64,000 nt of DNA from Burkholderiales bacterium. Lineage in GTDB: Bacteria > Pseudomonadota > Gammaproteobacteria > Burkholderiales > Burkholderiaceae_C. The stretch spans positions 3,518 to 67,517 of the forward strand of contig CANCVB010000011.1 of NCBI GenBank assembly GCA_947381415.1, read 5' to 3'. The notes under the pieces were generated by a model. That model made no database searches, was not told where the DNA came from, and worked only from the letters and a program-made list of their open reading frames with translations. Each line of letters opens with the position of its first letter. Within the stretch, counting starts at the first letter, position 1. This document shows, piece by piece, positions 25,575-33,493 of this stretch. Position numbers and translations under genes: made by a program.

Positions 25575-26627
25575 ATGCAACTTTCTGGCCAACGCTTGAT
25601 CGAACAATTGCCGCAAGCTTTGCGCTCGCTCTACACCTTGCATGGCGATGAGCACTTGTTGCTGCAAGAGGCGGCCGACGCGATCCGTGCCAGCGCCAGA
25701 CAACAAGGGTTTTTAGAGCGCCATGTGTTTACCGTGGCCGGCGCGCATTTTGATTGGGGCGAGGTGGAATCAGCCACCTCGGCCATGAGCTTGTTTGCCG
25801 ATAAACAGCTGATTGATATTCGCATCCCCTCGGGCAAACCTGGCAAAGATGGCAGCGAAGCTTTGCAGCGCATGGCCCAGGCTTGCGAAGGCAATGACGG
25901 TGTGTTGGTGCTGCTGTCTTTGCCGCGCTTGGACAAAACCGCCAAGTCTTCAGGTTGGTTCACTGCGCTCGATGCGCATGGCATCAGCGTGCAAATCGAC
26001 CCCATAGAGCGCGCCGCTTTGCCCGAGTGGATTGCCAAGCGTCTGTCTCTGCAGCAGCAGCGTGTGCGTGCGGGTGAAGAGGGGCAGCGCAGCTTGCAAT
26101 TTTTTGCCGACAGGGTCGAGGGCAATTTGCTGGCGGCGCACCAAGAAATTCAAAAGCTGGCCTTGCTCTACCCGCCTCAGGAGTTGAGTTTTGAAGACAT
26201 TGAAACCGCGGTTTTGAATGTGGCGCGCTTCAATGTGTTCAAGCTCAGCGAAACGGTTTTGGCAGGTCAACACCAACGGGTGCAGCGCATGTTGGACGGC
26301 TTACGCGCCGAGGGAACGTCCGAGGTGCTGGTGCACTTTGCGTTGGCTGAGGATATACGCGCGTTAAAGCGTGTCAAAGACGCGGTGGCCAGCGGGCGGG
26401 CATTGCCGCAGGTGCTGCGTGAGCAACGCATTTGGGGGCCCAAGGAGCGGTTGTTCGAGCGGGTGTTGCCCCGCTTGACGCCAGCCATGATGGACCGCTT
26501 GCTGCAAGCCGCACACCAAGTGGATGGCGTGGTCAAAGGCTTGCGCTTTGCACAGTGGCCGCAAGACAGCTGGCAGGCTTTGGGCCGTTTGGCTTTGATG
26601 CTCAGCAAAGCCTGTCAACCGTCTTGA
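25575..26627 (+). CDS. holA: DNA polymerase III delta subunit
   Basis: [24 protein letters not shown] motifs. Confidence 0.93.
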   Translation: MQLSGQRLIEQLPQALRSLYTLHGDEHLLLQEAADAIRASARQQGFLERHVFTVAGAHFDWGEVESATSAMSLFADKQLIDIRIPSGKPGKDGSEALQRMAQACEGNDGVLVLLSLPRLDKTAKSSGWFTALDAHGISVQIDPIERAALPEWIAKRLSLQQQRVRAGEEGQRSLQFFADRVEGNLLAAHQEIQKLALLYPPQELSFEDIETAVLNVARFNVFKLSETVLAGQHQRVQRMLDGLRAEGTSEVLVHFALAEDIRALKRVKDAVASGRALPQVLREQRIWGPKERLFERVLPRLTPAMMDRLLQAAHQVDGVVKGLRFAQWPQDSWQALGRLALMLSKACQPS

Positions 26628-26652
26628 ACACCATCTCTGCCAAAATCCAGCC

Positions 26653-27936
26653 ATGAACGCTGTCACCACCATCCCTGAACTCATGCGCACCTTGGGCCTG
26701 CAAGCGCGTTGCGCGGCAGCAGGCATGGCGCGTGCCACGGCGGCGCAAAAAAACCGGGCCCTGCGGGCGCTGGCGCGCTTGCTGCGCGAACACACGGCGG
26801 CTTTGCAAACCGACAACGCCAAAGACCTGAGCCGCGCCCAAGCCGCTGGTTTGGCCGCGCCTCTGGCGGACCGACTCAAGCTTTCGCCGCAAACCTTGGA
26901 AACCTGTGCGCTGGGTTGCGAGCAACTCGCTGCCATGCCCGACATCATTGGCAGCATCAGCGGCATGAGCCAGCAGCCCAGCGGCATCCGCGTGGGGCAA
27001 ATGCGCGTGCCCATTGGCGTGTTTGGCATGATTTACGAGAGCCGCCCCAACGTCACCATCGAAGCGGCGTCACTCGCCATCAAGAGTGGCAACGCCTGCA
27101 TCTTGCGCGGCGGCTCCGAGGCCATCGACTCCAACAAAGCCTTGGCAGCGCTGGTGCAGCAAGCCTTGGCAGAAGCCGGCCTGCCCACCGACGCGGTGCA
27201 ACTCGTGCCCACCACCGACCGTGCGGCCGTGGGTGAACTCATCACCATGCCCCAGTATGTGGACGTGGTCATTCCGCGCGGCGGCAAGGGCTTGATCGAG
27301 CGCATCAGCCAAGACGCCAAGGTGCCGGTCATCAAGCATTTGGACGGCAACTGCCACACCTATGTGGACGACCCCTGTGACCTCGACATGGCGTTGAAAG
27401 TCGTTGACAACGCCAAGACACAGAAATACAGCCCTTGCAACGCGACAGAAAGTTTGTTGGTGGCCCGTGGTGTGGCGGCGGCGTTTTTGCCGCGCATCGG
27501 CCAGGTGTTGGCCGACAAAGGTGTGGAGATGCGTTGCTGCCCTGAAAGCAAAACCTTGTTGCAAGCTGTCAAGGGCGCGGTGCTCAAAGACGCCACCGAG
27601 CAAGATTGGTTCGAGGAGTATTTGGCGCCCATCATCAGCATCAAGCTGGTGGACGGCTTGGACGCGGCCATTGCCCACATCAACCACTACAGCAGCCACC
27701 ACACCGACGCCATATTGACGCTGAACCATGTGCACAGCCAGCGCTTCATGCGCGAGGTGGACTCGGCCAGCGTCATCGTCAACGCCAGCACCCGCTTTGC
27801 CGATGGTTTCGAGTACGGCTTGGGCGCCGAGATTGGCATTTCCACCGACAAATTCCACGCGCGTGGACCCGTGGGCATCGAGGGGCTCACCTCGCTGAAG
27901 TATGTGGTGTTGGGGGCGGGGGAAGTGCGGGGGTGA
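26653..27936 (+). CDS. proA: Gamma-glutamyl phosphate reductase
   Basis: [34 protein letters not shown] motifs. Confidence 0.97.
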   Translation: MNAVTTIPELMRTLGLQARCAAAGMARATAAQKNRALRALARLLREHTAALQTDNAKDLSRAQAAGLAAPLADRLKLSPQTLETCALGCEQLAAMPDIIGSISGMSQQPSGIRVGQMRVPIGVFGMIYESRPNVTIEAASLAIKSGNACILRGGSEAIDSNKALAALVQQALAEAGLPTDAVQLVPTTDRAAVGELITMPQYVDVVIPRGGKGLIERISQDAKVPVIKHLDGNCHTYVDDPCDLDMALKVVDNAKTQKYSPCNATESLLVARGVAAAFLPRIGQVLADKGVEMRCCPESKTLLQAVKGAVLKDATEQDWFEEYLAPIISIKLVDGLDAAIAHINHYSSHHTDAILTLNHVHSQRFMREVDSASVIVNASTRFADGFEYGLGAEIGISTDKFHARGPVGIEGLTSLKYVVLGAGEVRG

Positions 27937-27992
27937 GATGCAGTGCATCCATCTCTCACAACACGCTTAGGGCCAAGCCAGGCGTGTGACGA

Positions 27993-28916
27993 TCAGTTAG
28001 ATTGAAAGCGATTCAGCAAGGGCTGAAGCAAAGCTTGTCCAAACACATTCAACAGTAAACCCAGCATCAGCAGCGCGCCACCGGCCCAGTGCAGTGGCCC
28101 CAGGGATTCACCAAAAACCCACCATCCAGTGCTCAGGCCCACCACTGGAACCAGCAGGGTAAATGGCGCCACACGGTTGATTGGATACAGGCTCATCAAA
28201 TACGTCCACAGGCCATAGCCCAAAAGCGTTGCCATCCACGCCAAGTAGGCCACTGCTGCCAGTGTGGTTGAAGACAAATGCGTCAGCGATTGCACGATGG
28301 CCTCAGGCCCATCCAACCACACAGACAAAGCGATGAATGGCAGAGGCGGCACCAGGCTGGCCCAAACCACAAAAGCCAGTTGGTTCATGGGACCATAACG
28401 GCTCACAACCCGCGTGACAATGTTGCCGCAAGCCCATGACAGTGCAGCCAATAGCGTGAGTCCAAAGCCCAGCAGCGGCACGCTGAGCCCGTTCGCCAAT
28501 GAACTGTGCGCCATGCCGATCAGCACCAGACCCAATAAGGCCAGCAACAGTCCTGCCATTTGGTGCCCGTGCCAGCGCTCTTTGAGCCACCAACTGGCCA
28601 GCAAGAGTGTGAAAAACGACTGCGATTGCAGCACCAGCGACGCCAGTCCTGAAGGCATGCCCTCATGGATGGCACTGAACAAAAATGCAAATTGACCGAC
28701 CGAAATCGTCAGGCCGTAAGCAAGGTACCAGCGCAGTGGCACCCCGGGCGGTTTGACAAACAGCAAGGCCGGAAACGCCGCCAACATGAAACGCAAAGCC
28801 CCCAGCAGCATGGGCGGCACACCGACAACGCCAACCTTGATGACGGCAAAGTTCACGCCCCAGACACCGATGACCAGCAAGGCCAAGGCCAGGTCTTTGG
28901 GGCGCAGTTGGCGCAT
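27993..28916 (-). CDS. EamA/DMT transporter (O-acetylserine/cysteine exporter-like)
   Basis: WGVNFAVIK, GMPSGLASLVLQSQ, two EamA repeats. Confidence 0.9.
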   Translation of the reverse strand: MRQLRPKDLALALLVIGVWGVNFAVIKVGVVGVPPMLLGALRFMLAAFPALLFVKPPGVPLRWYLAYGLTISVGQFAFLFSAIHEGMPSGLASLVLQSQSFFTLLLASWWLKERWHGHQMAGLLLALLGLVLIGMAHSSLANGLSVPLLGFGLTLLAALSWACGNIVTRVVSRYGPMNQLAFVVWASLVPPLPFIALSVWLDGPEAIVQSLTHLSSTTLAAVAYLAWMATLLGYGLWTYLMSLYPINRVAPFTLLVPVVGLSTGWWVFGESLGPLHWAGGALLMLGLLLNVFGQALLQPLLNRFQSN

Positions 28917-28934
28917 GCGGTTTGGGCTTTCGTT

Positions 28935-29498
28935 TCAGAGGCTGGACAAACAGGCGTCCACGCTCACGATGCGCGCAAAGCGATCGGCCAAAACCAGCTC
29001 GGTGCGTGTGGTGATCTCTTGCGCACTGAAGGTCTGGCCCGTGCCCTTGTGGGTCATGGGAAAGGTCAGCGTGGCCTCAGACACAAAGTCCACCGCATAG
29101 CCCAGATCCGAACCCACACGTGCCGTGGTTTCGCAGCATTGCTCGGTGCGCATGCCGCTGATGATGAGGTGCTGCACCCCTTGACGGCGCAGCCACACAT
29201 CAAGGCCGGTGTCGGTGAAGGCGTTGTGTACATGCTTGTCAAAGCGCACCGCAGGCTCACCCGGCAGCCAGTCCATGGGTTTGACCAGTCCAGAGTCGAG
29301 CAAAAAGGGCCCCGCCAGTCCTACATGGTAGATGTGCACCACAGGCACATTGGCGGCCCTGCACCCAGCGTCCAGTCGCAGCAGTGCTTGCTGGAAGGGG
29401 GCGATGTCGCCGAGTTTCCAAAACGGCATGTGCATGAAGGACTGCTGAACATCGATGACCAGCAAGGCAGATTGTCGGGGGGTGGTTGGATGGGTCAT
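28935..29498 (-). CDS. Isochorismatase/cysteine hydrolase family protein
   Basis: LLVIDVQ, KHVHNAF, GMRTEQCCETTAR motifs. Confidence 0.9.
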   Translation of the reverse strand: MTHPTTPRQSALLVIDVQQSFMHMPFWKLGDIAPFQQALLRLDAGCRAANVPVVHIYHVGLAGPFLLDSGLVKPMDWLPGEPAVRFDKHVHNAFTDTGLDVWLRRQGVQHLIISGMRTEQCCETTARVGSDLGYAVDFVSEATLTFPMTHKGTGQTFSAQEITTRTELVLADRFARIVSVDACLSSL

Positions 29499-29674
29499 GG
29501 GGCGCTTTCAATGGAGTGGGCCATCATGCCATGCGGCGGGTCAGGTCGGGCGGTGCACAGGTGTAGGCAAGACCAAAAATATACCAAAAAGAACAACATG
29601 GAAATGTTGTGATTGATATTTTTGCAGTACTTTAGAATTTATGTGACCACCACTATAACTTCAGGAGACTCACC

Positions 29675-30301
29675 ATGTTCCCCCTTGAAATTTGGCTGAC
29701 TTACAGCGCGGCTTGTTTGTTATTGGTGTTGTCTCCCGGCCCGGACAACCTCTTGGCCATGGGGCGCGGTCTCAGTCAAGGTAAACCTGCGGCCGTCGTA
29801 TCAGGCCTGTCTTCGGGGGCTGGCATTCTTTTTCATGTGGGCGCAGCGACCTTTGGCTTGACCTTGCTGATGCAAACTTCTTCTTTGGCGTTCTGGGTGG
29901 TCAAACTGACCGGCGCGGCTTATTTGCTTTGGTTGGGCGTCAAGGTTTTACGCTCGCGCAACTTGATCAGTTTTGCGCCTGCGGCCCAACAACCTTTGTC
30001 CCGCATTTTTGCGACGGGTTTTTTGTCGGCAGCGCTCAATCCCAAACCGGGCTTGTTTGTCTTGGCCTTCATTCCGCAGTTTGTCAGCCCTGAGCGCGGC
30101 TCGGTCACCATGCAGATGTTGGTGTACGGCGTGTGGTTCGCGTTTCTAACGGCACTGAGTTTTGCCTTGATGGGTGTGTTTGCCTCACGCCTGTCCTCAT
30201 GGCTGCGTCAACGGCCCCGGGTGGTTGCGGGGCTCAACATCGGCGCCGGTGTGACCTTTGTGGCTTCGGGCTTGTCGGTGGCAGTGCTCAGGCAAAAGTG
30301 A
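29675..30301 (+). CDS. LysE/RhtB family translocator
   Basis: SPGPDN, NPK motifs; six hydrophobic segments. Confidence 0.9.
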   Translation: MFPLEIWLTYSAACLLLVLSPGPDNLLAMGRGLSQGKPAAVVSGLSSGAGILFHVGAATFGLTLLMQTSSLAFWVVKLTGAAYLLWLGVKVLRSRNLISFAPAAQQPLSRIFATGFLSAALNPKPGLFVLAFIPQFVSPERGSVTMQMLVYGVWFAFLTALSFALMGVFASRLSSWLRQRPRVVAGLNIGAGVTFVASGLSVAVLRQK

Positions 30302-30325
30302 AATAGGCGTGTTCCGTCATTGCTC

Positions 30326-30343
30326 CTGACACCCCGTTGTCAG
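30326..30343. promoter_or_regulatory. Palindromic operator CTGACA-N6-TGTCAG upstream of the VOC/HTH-WYL operon
   Basis: Perfect inverted repeat about 65 nt upstream of the VOC start codon; a partial copy sits at 31530-31546. Confidence 0.55.
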
Positions 30344-30407
30344 TACCCCTCAGGCACAGTCCTTTCCGGAGCGCAGACGGTCTGCGCTGATGCCAAGAAA
30401 GGACAAT

Positions 30408-30785
30408 ATGAAACAAGTGATCGATTGGTTTGAGATTCCCGTGCGCGATATATCGCGGGCCCAGGCGTTTTATGAGGCGGTTTTGCAAACCTCTTTACAC
30501 CGAGAAAATTTTGTGGGCCCCAACATGGAAATGGTGGTGTTTAAAGAAGATGGTCATCGCGCCAAAGGTGCTTTGCTGTCTGGTCACCCAGCATTGCAAC
30601 CGGGCACCAGCGGCACCTTGGTGTATCTGTATGCAGGTGCATCGTTGGATGCTGCTTTAAAGCGTGTCGTGGCTGCGGGCGGGCAAGTCGCCATGGGTCA
30701 GGTGGCATTGCCAGAAGGGGCGGGATTCATGGCACACATGGTGGATGTGGACGGCAACCGGGTGGGCTTGCATGCTTACGCCTGA
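30408..30785 (+). CDS. VOC/glyoxalase family protein
   Basis: WFEIPVRDISRAQAFY...DVDGNRVGL motifs; ATG after AAAGGA. Confidence 0.9.
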   Translation: MKQVIDWFEIPVRDISRAQAFYEAVLQTSLHRENFVGPNMEMVVFKEDGHRAKGALLSGHPALQPGTSGTLVYLYAGASLDAALKRVVAAGGQVAMGQVALPEGAGFMAHMVDVDGNRVGLHAYA

Positions 30786-30828
30786 AGACCCTAGACTGGT
30801 GCCCATTTTTTAAAACACGCACCTCGCC

Positions 30829-31533
30829 ATGCGCCGCGCAGACCGTTTGTTTCAGATTGTCCAACTCATCCGAGGTCGCCGCCTGACCACGGCCCAGTGG
30901 CTGGCGCAGCGGCTAGAGGTATCCGAGCGCACGGTGTACCGCGATGTGGCTGACTTGCAATACCAAGGTGTGCCGATTGAAGGGGCGGTAGGAGTGGGCT
31001 ACCGTTTGGGTCAAGGTTTTGAGTTGCCGCCACTGATCTTCACCCCACAAGAGGCGCAGGCCTTGGTGGTGATGACGCGGGTGGCGCAGCAGTGGTTGGA
31101 CCCGGCCTTGGCGCGTGCCAGCGAATCGGCCTTGTCGCGGGTGTTGAGCGTCATGCCTGCAGACCAGCGTCATGCGGCGCAACACACGCCGGTGTATTCG
31201 CCGCCCTGGGGTTTGACACCGGCGCAACAACCGCACTTGCAGCTGTGGCGCGAGGCCACACAAGCCAGTGACAAGCTGGCACTGGTCTACAGCGATGCCC
31301 AAAGTCGCACCAGAGAACGCACGGTATGGCCCTTGGGCAGCTTCTTTTGGGGCACGGTCTGGACGCTGGTGGCTTGGTGCGAAAAGCGCCAAGACTTTCG
31401 CAGCTTTCGACTGGACCGCATCCAGTCCATGCGTGCGCTGGGTCAGCACTTCAAGCTGGTCGATGGGCAGCGCCTCATCGACTATTTGCGCCTGCAAGGC
31501 GTGGACCCGCAGGCCTTGGCCGACGGTCGCTGA
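30829..31533 (+). CDS. HTH-WYL domain transcriptional regulator (YafY-like)
   Basis: N-terminal HTH (LEVSERTVYRD); WYL-type WTLVAWCEKRQDFRSFRLDRI. Confidence 0.92.
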   Translation: MRRADRLFQIVQLIRGRRLTTAQWLAQRLEVSERTVYRDVADLQYQGVPIEGAVGVGYRLGQGFELPPLIFTPQEAQALVVMTRVAQQWLDPALARASESALSRVLSVMPADQRHAAQHTPVYSPPWGLTPAQQPHLQLWREATQASDKLALVYSDAQSRTRERTVWPLGSFFWGTVWTLVAWCEKRQDFRSFRLDRIQSMRALGQHFKLVDGQRLIDYLRLQGVDPQALADGR

Positions 31534-31542
31534 CAGGACCTG

Positions 31543-31803
31543 TTGATGAAACCCATTGAGATTCAAACAAAAAAGGTGCTGGGCCTGTTGGTACGCACCT
31601 GCAATGCAGATGAAATGCAGGCCAGTACCGCACGCTTTGGCCCATTGTGGAAAGACTTTGCAGCGACAGTCGCTCCAAGCCTGCCTCTAACAGCCCAGGT
31701 GTTGGGTGTTTATTACCGCTATGCATCAGATGCCCACGGCGCTTTTGAACGCAACGGCCCCGAAGGGAAGATCGAGATATTCATCGCCGTGGTGCAGCCA
31801 TGA
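31543..31803 (+). pseudogene. GyrI-like effector-binding protein with apparent internal in-frame deletion
   Basis: N-terminal GLLVRTCNADE and C-terminal FER..IEIFIAV fit the family, but the ORF is only 86 aa. Confidence 0.55.
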
Positions 31804-32237
31804 ATCACTGGATCGGCGTGGTCAGCCGCTCGCATGTGCTTCGCGGGGTTGCGGGTGGTTTTGCGCAGATGAACCACGGCAAGCAAGCGCCGCTCCAGCG
31901 CATGAAGGCCGGGGATGGGTTGATTTATTACTCACCGCGGGAGGACTATCCCGATGGTGCACCCTTGCAAGCCTTCACCGCTTTGGGGTTCATCCGCACG
32001 GGTGAGGTTTACGCATACGACATGACGGCAGATGGTGTGCCGGGGTTTGTGCCCTGGCGCATCGATGTGGATTTCGTTCCAGCGCAATCGGTGCCCATCA
32101 AGCCCCTGATTGCGCAGTTGGAGTTCATCAAAGACAAAACCCACTGGGGTGCGGCTTTCCGGTTTGGGCAGGTCCGAATTGGCGAAGTGGACTTTCGGTG
32201 CATTGCGCACGCGATGGGATGCATATTGCGGGGATGA
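31800..32237 (+). CDS. EVE domain protein
   Basis: WIGVVSRSHV..G..GF.Q.NHGK, GDGLIYYSP, WGAAFRFG motifs. Confidence 0.85.
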   Translation: MNHWIGVVSRSHVLRGVAGGFAQMNHGKQAPLQRMKAGDGLIYYSPREDYPDGAPLQAFTALGFIRTGEVYAYDMTADGVPGFVPWRIDVDFVPAQSVPIKPLIAQLEFIKDKTHWGAAFRFGQVRIGEVDFRCIAHAMGCILRG

Positions 32238-32238
32238 A

Positions 32239-32358
32239 TTAAAGGCCGTCGTCCTTTGATGCAGCCTTGCTTTTTTCTTTGGCTTCAAAGTAAGACGCAG
32301 CCAAAGACATGGCGCACATCAATATGGTGAAGCCAATCACGATATAGACGATATTCAT
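32239..32358 (-). CDS. Small single-pass membrane protein, 39 aa (MNIVYIVIGFTILMCAMSLAASYFEAKEKSKAASKDDGL)
   Basis: Translated by hand; AAGGGA RBS 7 nt upstream; hydrophobic N-terminus and charged tail; below the ORF-track size cutoff. Confidence 0.5.
   Translation of the reverse strand: MNIVYIVIGFTILMCAMSLAASYFEAKEKSKAASKDDGL
32276..32310. repeat. 35-bp direct repeat, copy 1 (TCTTTGGCTTCAAAGTAAGACGCAGCCAAAGACAT)
   Basis: Identical to 38491-38525; contains an internal inverted repeat. Confidence 0.9.
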
Positions 32359-32391
32359 GCGCTGTTCCCTTGTGAATTGAGAAACTCAGCT

Positions 32392-32554
32392 TCATCGTCA
32401 ACGCCAGAACCGATTTGCCGATGGTTTTGAGTACGGCCTGGGTGCCGAGATTGGCATTTCCACCGACAAATTCCACGCCCGTGGACCCGTGGGTATTGAG
32501 GGGCTCACCTCGCTGAAATATGTGGTGTTGGGGGCGGGGGAAGTCAGGGGTTGA
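32392..32554 (+). pseudogene. proA: Second, diverged copy of the proA 3' end
   Basis: Hand alignment to 27773-27936: 12 substitutions and one 1-nt deletion (about 92% identity), ending in TGA. Confidence 0.93.
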
Positions 32555-32557
32555 CGG

Positions 32558-33178
32558 CTAAATCCAAGTGGTTGGTCTGGTTAAGACATACCCATCTGGC
32601 CTAGTCACTTCATCTGGTAATTGCGACTGTCTGAGATGTGCTTCGCCGATGGTAAAAAAACCGTTGGATGCCTTTGACAACTCGTTGGATTTGCGCCCAG
32701 GTGGAAAAGCAACGATCAAGCGCTTAGAAGGAAATTGCCGTCGCAGCGTGGTGACAGGTGTGGTGAGGTCGCTGTCACCTGAAATCAAGATGGCGGTATC
32801 AAAAAGATCTTCGTAGGCATCGGTCAACAGTTGAACCGCCATGTTGACGTCGGTCATTTTTTCTTCATAACTCAACCATTGGGCACCACAGGCATGGCAT
32901 TGCCGAGGTTTTTCCAAGAAATGTCCCCAATGAATATCAAGACCAGATAGGCAAGCCAATGCCTCAAGGTAGGTCGTTTGTCTTTGAATATCGGTTTGGT
33001 TGTTGTTCGTGGAGCGAATGCGTGACGTGAAGTAATGAACTTTGCGCAACTGTTGATCGTGCTTGAGCAGTGCACTTGCCAAAGCCACTAAATTAAGCCA
33101 ATAGAGTTTGCGCCAGCCTTTGCTTTTCATGCCAAAGTAAAGGTTAAAGCCGTCCACATAAGCCACAACGCGTTGCAT
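32558..33178 (-). CDS. NYN (LabA/DUF88, PIN-like) domain RNase
   Basis: YVDGFNLY, EEKMTDVNMA, ISGDSDL acidic motifs and a CHACG insertion; alternative start at 33217. Confidence 0.9.
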   Translation of the reverse strand: MQRVVAYVDGFNLYFGMKSKGWRKLYWLNLVALASALLKHDQQLRKVHYFTSRIRSTNNNQTDIQRQTTYLEALACLSGLDIHWGHFLEKPRQCHACGAQWLSYEEKMTDVNMAVQLLTDAYEDLFDTAILISGDSDLTTPVTTLRRQFPSKRLIVAFPPGRKSNELSKASNGFFTIGEAHLRQSQLPDEVTRPDGYVLTRPTTWI

Positions 33179-33222
33179 GTGAAAACCAATTTCGGTTTTA
33201 AGGGTAAATGGGGACATCGACT

Positions 33223-33251
33223 TTGCACATTTGTCAGGTTTTCCTTATAAA
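33223..33251 (+). promoter_or_regulatory. Sigma70-type promoter divergent from the NYN gene
   Basis: TTGCAC-N17-TATAAA. Confidence 0.6.
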
Positions 33252-33256
33252 ATTCC

Positions 33257-33324
33257 CTCTGTTAACCCCCCCGGAGATCGCATCTCCGGACCGACGCCTC
33301 CCATGTGGAGGCGTTTCTTTTTTT
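33257..33324 (+). ncRNA. Candidate ~68-nt small RNA (two hairpins, the second an intrinsic terminator)
   Basis: Promoter upstream; stems CCGGAGAT/ATCTCCGG and ACGCCTCC/GGAGGCGT followed by TTCTTTTTTT; no ORF. Confidence 0.5.
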
Positions 33325-33493
33325 AAAGACTAAAAAACTAACCCATTTCAGGCTTGCTCTACAAGAGCCCCAAAGGATACATAAAAAATACAAATACAAA
33401 TGTATTTTTAATTTATTTTTACTAATTCAGGGTTCAGCACAAATTCACCCATCGTTGCGACGGGTGTCGCGTTGAGCGCTTCGCTGCAATCTA

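Noticed and set aside
32276-32310. 35-bp repeat as an intrinsic terminator or integron attC site
   Set aside because: No U-run follows the stem on either strand, and there are no RYYYAAC/GTTRRRY ends.
33257-33324. Small RNA as a tracrRNA or anti-repeat
   Set aside because: Only about 6 nt (CCATGT) are shared with the repeat, with no extended complementarity, and the locus has its own Cas6.
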